From: an uncultured Vitreoscilla sp. | Lineage (GTDB): Bacteria > Pseudomonadota > Gammaproteobacteria > Burkholderiales > Burkholderiaceae_C | Assembly: GCA_964418745.1 (NCBI GenBank) | Contig: CAYQMX010000015.1 | Location: forward strand, 3,137-67,136 | DNA length: 64,000 bases | Direction: 5' to 3' | Part shown: one piece after another, positions 28,105 through 39,988 of the stretch | How the letters are laid out: each line of letters opens with the position of its first letter | Position numbering within the stretch: position 1 is the first letter of the stretch | Program-made: the position numbers and the translations under genes | The notes under the pieces: model-generated | The model's input: only the letters and a program-made list of their open reading frames with translations | Databases searched by the model: none | What the model was told of the DNA's origin: nothing

Positions 28105-28464
28105 ACCAGCTCAACGGAGCATCGCCAGCGGCCACAAGCCGCGGTCACCCATGACCGCATTCCGGCAGGCTACCTGACCAGCCACTGCGGTGTAGGACAT
28201 GACGCGCCTTTCGGCAGTTCGGCTCCCGCTCCGTTGACCAATGGCGAGCGACATGAACCGTCCTTCGCGAGCGCCTGCCATTCGGTGGTACCGATCACGA
28301 CAGTGCTGGCGACCACTTTGCGACAGGCGATCAGAGTGTTCGAATGAAGTGAATCAGGACGATATTGAGCGAGAGTGGAAGTTGGCTCGAGACTTCCTGG
28401 CGCGTTGGCGGGATGCAAGGAGGCCCGGCCGGGCGGTAGCAGGTGACCGGCAGGAAGGCGCGCT

Positions 28465-31377
28465 TCACTGGCCGGCGCACGGCCCCCGAGCGCGGGGCGG
28501 CTCGAGCAGCAGGACCGAAGGCACCCCCTGCGGATCGGCCAGGCGAAGCAGCCCGTATCCGATGCCCGCCAGTCCGGCCATCAGGCCCAGCGAGGTGACG
28601 CCGTCACCGGGGCCGCTGCGGCCGCCTGACACGTCGATCTCGTGCAGCACGCCCGCCGCCCGCCGGCGAACGGGCTGCTCAAAGTGCGGGCACAGCCCCT
28701 GCAGCCGGGCCTGAAGCCCGATCTCCAGGTTGCCGAGCGCGCCGTGGCAAAGGCCGTGGCCGGCGGTCGGCGAACGCCGAAGGCTCACGCGCAACGCCGT
28801 CTCGATTTCCTCGCGCGTGCCCGGGTCGTCCTGGATGTCGAGGGAGCCCAGGAGTGCCATGCCGATGCCGGGCGCACCGTGGCACCAGTGGCCGGAACAC
28901 CGCCATTCGAGGCGACCGTGCCGCTCGGCGGGCGCGGCGCGCAGGTCGCGCCAGTTGCCGCGCGCGGGATCGAACAGGCTGCGCTCGTAGGCCAGCGCCT
29001 GCGTGGCCACCTGCCGGAATCGGCGCGATCCGGTCGCGCGTTCGAGCGCGAGCAGCGCCATCGCCATGCCCGACACGCCGTGTGACAGCCCGCCGAGCGG
29101 CGCGGTCGCGGCGCTGGTCGACCAGGCCACGCCCACGGCCTGCGGCTGCGCGGCGCGCAGCAGGCGTTCCCCGCAGGCCGTCGCGAGTTGCAGGCTGCGT
29201 GGACTCCGGCCCGCATGATGCAGGCTGAGCAGCGCCATCAGGCATCCCGCGCTGCCTGAGACGAGGTCGAACGACACGTCCGACTCGATGAGCCGTGGCA
29301 GCGCGTCGAGCCGGGCCTCGGCCTCGGACAGGAGGTCCGCGCGCTGCCAGAGGCTGGCGAGGTGCGCGAGCACGTAGAGGCTGCCGCCCCAGCCCACGAA
29401 GGCCCCGATGGCGCGATCCTGATGACCCCATGGGCGCTCGGCGACCAGCCAGGCCTGCAACGCCGCCTCGGCCAGCGTGCGCAGGCCGTGGTCCGGCCTG
29501 AGGCGGTCCATCTGCGCCAGGAACAGGATCACGCCGGGCAGGCCGTCGTAGACATCGACGCCCAGGGGCAGGACGTCCGCCCGGCCATCGGCGCCCGCAA
29601 CCCGGTCCAGCCAGGTCGCTTGCCCATCGTCGTGGAAGGCTTGCCGTTGCAGCGTCCGGGCGGCGCGCCAGGCCAGGTCCAGCGGGGTCGCCGAGGCAGC
29701 GCGTACCGCCGCGGCTGCACGAGCCCGCGGCGCGCGGGCGCGCGTGACGGCAGGCATGACGGTACGCGTGGCACCGGGCGGGGTCAGCGTGGCCAGCGAC
29801 GCGCGGAGGACCCCCTGTTGTCGTGCCAGGTCGTCCTCGCCCAGGTCGCCGATCCTGCGCAGCACGCGGTCCAGCGGTGCCTCGGCAAGGAAGCCGCGCA
29901 CGATGGTCCGCGGTCCCGCGAGCAGATCGCGCGTCGTCACCTGCACATGGAAGAGGGGGATGTCGCCGCGTTCCAGCGACTGGCGTTCCGCCTCGACCTG
30001 GCCATCGGCCGGCCCGACGCCTGGCGTTGCCCTGCCCAGGCTCTTCCACACCGCATCGCGCGCCGCGGAGCAGCGCAGGAAGTCGGGATGCCGGCAGGTC
30101 TCCAGCAGGTCGAAGTAGAACTGCGACGGTCGCAGCACGACGCGGATGGCATCGTCGGCGAACGCGTGGATCGGACCGTCCGGCGCCCGCAGCGCGGTGC
30201 GTTCGCGCAGCAGCAGCCGATAGGCCTCGTCGAAGCCCGCCGCGATCTCGTCGACGTGGTCGCCCGCTGGCGACGGGCGGCCAGCGCCCGTGGGCAGGTG
30301 GCCCGCGCCGCCGATGGGCACGTGCCGGCGCACGAAATGCAGGTCGAGGTCGGCATTCCATTCGGGCACCAGCACCGGCGCCGCGGACGTCTGTCCAGCC
30401 GGGGCGCTGAGGCCGCCGACGTCCATCAGGGGTCCGTCGGCGCCCGCGCGCAGCCGCCACGGCAGGAGGCCCAGGCGCAGCACCGAGTCGCGCATCGCGC
30501 GTGTTCCGATGTCGCGCTGGCGGGTCTCCGCCTGGCCCGCGAGGTCCGGATGGAACAAGGCCTCGAGATCCACGAGCACCGGGTGCTCGCCGGCGGCGAC
30601 GATGTTCTCGAAGTGCAAGTCCGCGGCATCAATGGCGTGCAGGATTGCCAGCAGCCGCCCCTGGCGCCGGTAGAAGCGCGTCAGTTCGCCGGGCTCTCGG
30701 CACGGCCGCGCCTCGATGAATTCCGACCAGGAATGGTCGCCGGCATGGAGGGTGTGCGGCGTGCGGAAATTCCACCCGGGTGAGCGCGCCTCGATCCAGC
30801 GCAGGAGGGCCGCAAAATGCACGTCCAGCGCGCCCGGACGCGGCTTGTAGACGATGCGGCGCCCCGATTCGAATCGCAGGACCAGCACGACGCTGCCGCC
30901 CGCGTGCGGATCGCCGCCGGTGGCCGCGATGTCGACCAGGCGATCGTCGTGGCAATGGCCCGGCATTCCATCCGCCAGACGCGACTGGTCTCCCTTGAGG
31001 TGAGCCAGGAACCGCGCCACGAATCGGGCCCAGTCGTCGACCGCGCCGTCGACGCGCTCGAGCAGCAACGGATATTCGTCGAACAGCGCAGACCTGCGCG
31101 CCGGCTCGGCCAGGCGCGTGACGAACGCGCACAGTCGATCGCCCGGTCCGACGTCGTTCAATTGCCCTTGCAGGCGCGCGGCGGCCAGTTCCAGCGCCAG
31201 CACCCGCGCGCCGCTGGCGACAAGGCGATCGGCGAGCGTGGCGCGCAGCGAAGGCCAGGCGCGCGCGTCGTCGACATGCGCGTCGCACGCCGCCCACGCC
31301 GTGCGCACGCGGGCGAGGCCACGTTCCATCCAGGGGCCCAGCGCCGTCGCCACTCCCTCGCGAAGCGAGATCGACAT
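28465..31377 (-). CDS. lanM: Class II lanthipeptide synthetase LanM (dehydratase + LanC-like cyclase)
   Basis: 970 aa. N-terminal LanM dehydratase motifs (RIVYKPRPGALDVHF, DLHFENIVAAGEHPVLVDLEALF). C-terminal LanC-like motifs including the Zn ligands (SGSAGC, GLSHGVSGM, WCHGAPGIG, GLCHGALGN). Confidence 0.95.
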   Translation of the reverse strand: MSISLREGVATALGPWMERGLARVRTAWAACDAHVDDARAWPSLRATLADRLVASGARVLALELAAARLQGQLNDVGPGDRLCAFVTRLAEPARRSALFDEYPLLLERVDGAVDDWARFVARFLAHLKGDQSRLADGMPGHCHDDRLVDIAATGGDPHAGGSVVLVLRFESGRRIVYKPRPGALDVHFAALLRWIEARSPGWNFRTPHTLHAGDHSWSEFIEARPCREPGELTRFYRRQGRLLAILHAIDAADLHFENIVAAGEHPVLVDLEALFHPDLAGQAETRQRDIGTRAMRDSVLRLGLLPWRLRAGADGPLMDVGGLSAPAGQTSAAPVLVPEWNADLDLHFVRRHVPIGGAGHLPTGAGRPSPAGDHVDEIAAGFDEAYRLLLRERTALRAPDGPIHAFADDAIRVVLRPSQFYFDLLETCRHPDFLRCSAARDAVWKSLGRATPGVGPADGQVEAERQSLERGDIPLFHVQVTTRDLLAGPRTIVRGFLAEAPLDRVLRRIGDLGEDDLARQQGVLRASLATLTPPGATRTVMPAVTRARAPRARAAAAVRAASATPLDLAWRAARTLQRQAFHDDGQATWLDRVAGADGRADVLPLGVDVYDGLPGVILFLAQMDRLRPDHGLRTLAEAALQAWLVAERPWGHQDRAIGAFVGWGGSLYVLAHLASLWQRADLLSEAEARLDALPRLIESDVSFDLVSGSAGCLMALLSLHHAGRSPRSLQLATACGERLLRAAQPQAVGVAWSTSAATAPLGGLSHGVSGMAMALLALERATGSRRFRQVATQALAYERSLFDPARGNWRDLRAAPAERHGRLEWRCSGHWCHGAPGIGMALLGSLDIQDDPGTREEIETALRVSLRRSPTAGHGLCHGALGNLEIGLQARLQGLCPHFEQPVRRRAAGVLHEIDVSGGRSGPGDGVTSLGLMAGLAGIGYGLLRLADPQGVPSVLLLEPPRARGPCAGQ

Positions 31378-31420
31378 GGGATGTCATCCTCCTGGAGCTG
31401 TACTGTGCGCAATGCATGGT

Positions 31421-31451
31421 GCCCGGCGCCCGCTCGCGCGCGCGGCCGGGC
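31421..31451 (-). promoter_or_regulatory. GC-rich stem-loop in the lanA-lanM spacer (possible attenuator or processing site)
   Basis: GCCCGGC(GCC)CGC ... GCGGCCGGGC inverted repeat within the 83-nt spacer. No U-tract follows on the transcribed strand. Confidence 0.3.
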
Positions 31452-31460
31452 GGGTCGACG

Positions 31461-31676
31461 TCACATGCCGCCGCAGGCCGGCTGATTGATCATGAACGTC
31501 GGGCAGTGGTTGATCAGCGTGAGCGGCCGCATGCCGCCGCCGACCAGGTCGGTCTCGGTGTCGTGCAGCACCACCGTGCCGGACGGATGCGCGGGAAGGG
31601 CGCTGCGTTCGGTGTCGCTGAGGCTCGCGCGATAGGCTTCGTCCTTCCACGCACGGACGATATCGATCTGCTTCAT
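31461..31676 (-). CDS. lanA: Lanthipeptide precursor LanA (71 aa; mersacidin-like leader, Gly-Gly processing site, 23-24 aa core)
   Basis: MKQIDIVRAWKDEAYRASLSDTERSALPAHPSGTVVLHDTETDLVGGG-MRPLTLINHCPTFMINQPACGGM. AAGGAG RBS lies 7 nt upstream of ATG 31676. The gene sits immediately upstream of lanM on the same strand. It is only the 3' tail of track ORF 31461..32345. Confidence 0.85.
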   Translation of the reverse strand: MKQIDIVRAWKDEAYRASLSDTERSALPAHPSGTVVLHDTETDLVGGGMRPLTLINHCPTFMINQPACGGM

Positions 31677-31926
31677 GAGGAACTCCTTGGGTTGATTTGG
31701 GGGCGATCGAGTCATGGCGCGCGGTCGTTCGGCCCCTGTTCGAATCCGGCCCGCGTCCCGAACCTGATCTCGGGCGAACTCCATTGGGATCGCAAGCCCG
31801 CGACGGCACATCGACTGGATGGCATAGGCGCCGGCGCCGAATGGCAGATGCGCGGGCCCGTGGTGGCCGGCTAGAGTCTTCCCGTCGCACCCCAAGTTGT
31901 GCACGCGCCGACCGGAGGACCACCCG
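31677..31926. promoter_or_regulatory. Divergent promoter region between lanA-lanM and the export genes
   Basis: 250-bp non-coding spacer between two divergently oriented start codons. No promoter motif could be assigned with confidence. Confidence 0.4.
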
Positions 31927-32445
31927 ATGGCCATGTTCGAGTTCCGCAAGCAGGCCCTGGCCGCGCGCTGCGCGACCAGCGCGCAGGTCGTGCCCACGCT
32001 GGACTGCCGCACGCCGCCGTGGCTGACGGCCGCGGTGGCCGGCCTGGCGCTCGCCTTCCTCTGCATCGCGTTCGGTGTCGACGTCACGCGCAGCGCGCGC
32101 GTGCAGGGCGTCCTTGTGCCCGGTACCGCGTCGGACGAATGGCTGGCCCGGCTGACGGTGCCGGAACGCGCGGCGCGCTTCCTCCGGAAGGGCGAGACGT
32201 TCCGCCTGCGCGTGCCGGGCCGCGCAGGTCCGGACCCCGGGGCGCTCGTCGGCACGGTGCTGCAGCGAGGGCTGGGGGTGGCGGCGCCGGGCATGGAACT
32301 GCTGGTCGTTCGCCTGTCCAGCCCGCTGCGCCCCGGCGCCGGCACAACGGACGGCAGGCCATTCGACGGGGAGCTCGAATTTGGATCGCGGAGCCTGACC
32401 GCCTGGCTGCTCCGGGCGGCGGAACGCCCAAGCGAAGGGGCCTGA
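31927..32445 (+). CDS. Truncated HlyD-family bacteriocin-export accessory protein (about 172 aa)
   Basis: The N-terminus MFEFRKQALAAR resembles the MFRQDAL start of CvaA-type membrane-fusion proteins. A TM helix (WLTAAVAGLALAFLCIAF) and SARVQGVLVP follow, then only a short beta-rich C-terminal segment. The stop lies 2 nt before the lanT ATG. Confidence 0.6.
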   Translation: MAMFEFRKQALAARCATSAQVVPTLDCRTPPWLTAAVAGLALAFLCIAFGVDVTRSARVQGVLVPGTASDEWLARLTVPERAARFLRKGETFRLRVPGRAGPDPGALVGTVLQRGLGVAAPGMELLVVRLSSPLRPGAGTTDGRPFDGELEFGSRSLTAWLLRAAERPSEGA

Positions 32446-32447
32446 CC

Positions 32448-34547
32448 ATGGGCCTGCTACCCATAGGGCGCACGCGCACGCCCCTCATCCTGCAGACCGA
32501 GGCGGCCGAATGCGGGCTCGCCTGCATGGCCATGGTGGCCGCGCATCACGGCAACCACGTGGGCCTGGCGGCGCTTCGCGAGAACCATTCCGCGTCGCTG
32601 AGGGGAACCTCGCTGACCGACCTGCGGCGCCTGGCCGCGGGACTGCAGCTGGCCAGCCGTGCGCTGCGCGCCGAGCTCCACCACCTGGCGTCGTTGCGAC
32701 TGCCTTGCATCCTGCACTGGGACTTCAACCACTTCGTGGTCCTGACCGCGATCGGCCGCCGCCGCCTCACGCTGCACGACCCCGTGCGCGGGCAGTCCCG
32801 GATGAGTCTGGCCGAGGCGTCGACGCATTTCACGGGCGTGGTCCTCGAGCTCGCACCCGCGGCGCAGTTCGCGTTGCGCCGCAAGGAGCCAGGCGCGTCG
32901 CTGCGCAGGATCATCGGACCCCTGCATGCCCTTTACTGGCGCGTGGCGCAGGCCGCCGCGCTGGCGCTGGCGCTGGAGATCCTCACGCTGGCCGGGCCGT
33001 TGCTGATGCAGTGGGTGGTCGACGAATCGGCGACCGACTCGGACCGGCATTTCGTCACTGCGCTGTGCCAGGGCTTCCTCGCGTTGACGCTGCTGCAGTG
33101 CGGCCTCGCCATGCTGCGGTCCTGGCTGCTGGCCACCGTCGGCTCGACGCTCAACCTGCAACTGGCCGTCAACCTGTTCCATCACCTGGTTGGCCTGCCG
33201 ATGCAGTGGTTCTTCAAGCGCCAGGCGAGCGACGTGTTGTCCCGCTTCGACTCGCTGAAGGCCATCGAGAGGACGCTGACGCGGGGCTCGCTGGAGGCCA
33301 TCTTCGATGGCTGCATGGCGCTGACGACGCTGGTGGCGATGGTGGCGCTGGCGCCCGGCCTGGCCGGCCTCGGGCTCGCGGCTGCGCTGGCCTACGCGGC
33401 GCTGCGAGGGGCGCTCCTGGTCCCCACGCAACGCGCCACGGAGTCCGAGATCGAGCAGTCGGCACGCGAAGGCAACCACCTGCTCGAGACGGTGCGCGGG
33501 ATGCAGAGCATCAAGGTATTGGGCATGGCAGGCCAGCGCGCCACGCACTGGCAGGCCCTCGCCACGCAGCGCGCCAACGCGGGGCTTCGCCGCGAATGGC
33601 TGGGGACGTTGCGCCAGGCCGGCCAAGGCGTCATTTTCGGCGTGGAGAACATCGCCGCCCTCTGGCTCGCGTCGCGCATGGTGGGCAGCGGCTCGCCCGG
33701 TCACGCGCTGTCGGTGGGGATGCTCCTGACGTTCATCGCCTACAAGATGCAGTTCACGCAGCGCACCGTCTCGTTCATCGACAAGGCGATGGATTTCCGG
33801 ATGCTGGCGCTGCACCGCGACCGGGTCGGCGACGTTCTGCAGGCCACGCCGGAGGAAGACACAACCGCGCCATGCGCCCGCCCCACGGACTTCGATGCGA
33901 GCCTCGCCGTGCACGGCCTGTCGTACCGCTACTCGGAGAACGACCCCTACATCATCGAGGACCTGTCGTTCACGATCCGCGCGGGCGAATCGGTCGCCAT
34001 CGTCGGCCCGTCCGGGTGCGGCAAGTCGACGCTCGTGAGGCTGATGCTCGGACTGCTCCAGCCGACGCAAGGCAGCGTGGAAGCCGGGGGCCATCCGCTG
34101 CGCCGGCTGGGCCTGCGCCACTACCGATCGGCCGTGGCCTCCGTGATGCAGGACGACCGGATATTCGCCGGCTCCATCGTCGACAACATCTGTCTCTTCG
34201 AGGCCCGGCCGGACCGCAACCGCGCGGCACGTTGCGCGCGCCTGGCCTGCCTGGACGACGACATCGAGCGCATGCCGATGGGATACGAGACGCTGGTCGG
34301 CGACATGGGCGCCGCGCTCTCGGGCGGCCAGTTGCAGCGCTTGCTCATCGCCCGCGCACTCTATCGTCGCCCGCGCCTGCTCTTCCTCGACGAGGCGACC
34401 AGTCACCTGGACCTGGCCCGCGAGGAGGCTGTGAATGCATCGATCCGCGCCCTGGGCCTGACGCGGATCATCGTCGCGCATCGTCCGCAGACGATCGCCA
34501 GCGCCGACCGCGTGATCCGACTCGACGGCCGGGGGCGGATCCGATGA
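32448..34547 (+). CDS. lanT: Peptidase-C39 / ABC transporter for leader cleavage and export (LanT/SunT type)
   Basis: C39 domain (QTEAAECGLACMAMVAAHHG catalytic Cys, NHFVVL His), a 6-TM ABC membrane domain, Walker A GPSGCGKST, signature LSGGQLQRL, and Walker B LLFLDEATSHLD. Confidence 0.93.
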   Translation: MGLLPIGRTRTPLILQTEAAECGLACMAMVAAHHGNHVGLAALRENHSASLRGTSLTDLRRLAAGLQLASRALRAELHHLASLRLPCILHWDFNHFVVLTAIGRRRLTLHDPVRGQSRMSLAEASTHFTGVVLELAPAAQFALRRKEPGASLRRIIGPLHALYWRVAQAAALALALEILTLAGPLLMQWVVDESATDSDRHFVTALCQGFLALTLLQCGLAMLRSWLLATVGSTLNLQLAVNLFHHLVGLPMQWFFKRQASDVLSRFDSLKAIERTLTRGSLEAIFDGCMALTTLVAMVALAPGLAGLGLAAALAYAALRGALLVPTQRATESEIEQSAREGNHLLETVRGMQSIKVLGMAGQRATHWQALATQRANAGLRREWLGTLRQAGQGVIFGVENIAALWLASRMVGSGSPGHALSVGMLLTFIAYKMQFTQRTVSFIDKAMDFRMLALHRDRVGDVLQATPEEDTTAPCARPTDFDASLAVHGLSYRYSENDPYIIEDLSFTIRAGESVAIVGPSGCGKSTLVRLMLGLLQPTQGSVEAGGHPLRRLGLRHYRSAVASVMQDDRIFAGSIVDNICLFEARPDRNRAARCARLACLDDDIERMPMGYETLVGDMGAALSGGQLQRLLIARALYRRPRLLFLDEATSHLDLAREEAVNASIRALGLTRIIVAHRPQTIASADRVIRLDGRGRIR

Positions 34548-34550
34548 ACC

Positions 34551-34970
34551 CTAGCGCGGCGCCCGAGACGTCTCGACCAGGCTGCGCTCGAACATCACCG
34601 CCGCCTCCGTGCGGTTGCGGGCGTTCAGGACACGCAGGATGGCCCCGACATGGCAACGGACCGTGCCCGGCTCGAGCACGAGCGTCCGGGCGATCTCCTT
34701 GTTGGACTGGCCTTGCGCCAGCAGCCGCAGCACGTCGCGCATGCGCGGCGTGAGGCTTCCGTGAGGAATGACCGCTGGCCCCGCCGATGGACTTTTTGGC
34801 GGCTCGACCGGGTGGACACCTGCCCACGGGTCGCCGCCGTCGTCGCCGGCGCGCAGCGCGACGAGCAATGCCTGGCTCTGCGCGAGCAGGCGGGCAACGG
34901 CCTCCATGCCCTCGGCGCCCTGCACGATCCCGCCGGGCGAAACAAGATCGTTGCTGTTGAATCCGCTCAT
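34551..34970 (-). CDS. LuxR/FixJ-type HTH transcriptional regulator without receiver or autoinducer domain
   Basis: C-terminal SLTPRMRDVLRLLAQGQSNKEIARTLVLEPGTVRCHVGAILRVLNARNRTEAAV. The N-terminal ~75 aa are too short for a REC or LuxR signal domain. Confidence 0.8.
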   Translation of the reverse strand: MSGFNSNDLVSPGGIVQGAEGMEAVARLLAQSQALLVALRAGDDGGDPWAGVHPVEPPKSPSAGPAVIPHGSLTPRMRDVLRLLAQGQSNKEIARTLVLEPGTVRCHVGAILRVLNARNRTEAAVMFERSLVETSRAPR

Positions 34971-35337
34971 GGATCTCTCCCCTTGCCGGACGCCCCACGG
35001 CGCCTTCGACCATTCAGCGGATTTCCGTGTGGCCGCAGATCACGGGCAGGCGAATTGCGCTGAGATCGTTCGATTTGAGGGGGTCATGGACGTGGGGACG
35101 CCCAACCAGTCAGCGCGGCCCGCGTCGTCACCCTGGCGTTCGATGGACAGGCCGCCACCTCGCACGCACGCGTCCAACCCGGTCCGCAGCAGGCGCGTGT
35201 CGGCCGGGACGTGATCCCGGCCGACCGCAGCTCGGCGGCACCCGCCCTGCAGCGCTCGCTTGCGACGGGCCGCGGCCGACCCCGGGGCGACTCGCCGTCA
35301 AGTCGCGCGGGATTGTGCCGATGTACGAGGGGACGGC

Positions 35338-39732
<4,395 letters not shown>

Positions 39733-39894
39733 TCCTTGGGCAGTCCTGCGTGAGCCGGGCAGATCCAGCGCTGCGGTCGGCGGCTGACTTGCGGGAGCAC
39801 CGCAGCGCGTGGCCTGCCTGACGCGACGGCGATCCGCCGTCGAAGGCCAACGGGCTCCCGGGCCGACGAACAGGGCGGGTGCATGTCGGCTGTT

Positions 39895-39940
39895 CAATCG
39901 ATCTAAAACATCCAAAACGTCTAAATTATTGATTCCACGG
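39895..39940 (+). promoter_or_regulatory. AT-rich phased A-tract element upstream of the chemosensory operon
   Basis: ATCTAAAACATCCAAAACGTCTAAATTATTGATTCC has A-runs spaced about 9-10 bp apart. It is the only strongly AT-rich patch in the window and lies about 50-90 bp upstream of ATG 39989. Confidence 0.35.
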
Positions 39941-39988
39941 GTCGAAAAGCCTCCATCGACTTTGTCATCACCGAACAGACCACGCCCA

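Noticed and set aside
28170-28418. 82-aa ORF in the AraC-lanM spacer
   Set aside because: It has no RBS and no family resemblance that I can defend, and it sits in a lower-GC non-coding-looking stretch. It may be a further decayed fragment, but that is not supportable from sequence alone.
31700-31790. Possible lux-box-like inverted repeat (CCCGAACCTGATCTCGGG) in the lanA/export divergent spacer
   Set aside because: It has only 5-bp arms in GC-rich DNA, which is expected by chance. It bears no similarity to a known LuxR-type operator that I can state with confidence.
31461-32345. 294-aa ORF containing the lanA sequence at its C-terminus
   Set aside because: The upstream 223 codons are Arg/Pro/Ser/Thr-rich, lie antisense to the HlyD-like gene and lack an RBS. 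The last 71 codons have their own AAGGAG-ATG and a recognisable leader-core organisation.
28465-34970. Two-component lantibiotic (two LanA plus two LanM) interpretation
   Set aside because: Only one LanM and one convincing precursor ORF are present. I found no second small Cys-rich ORF with a Gly-Gly leader in the spacers 31378-31460 or 31677-31926.
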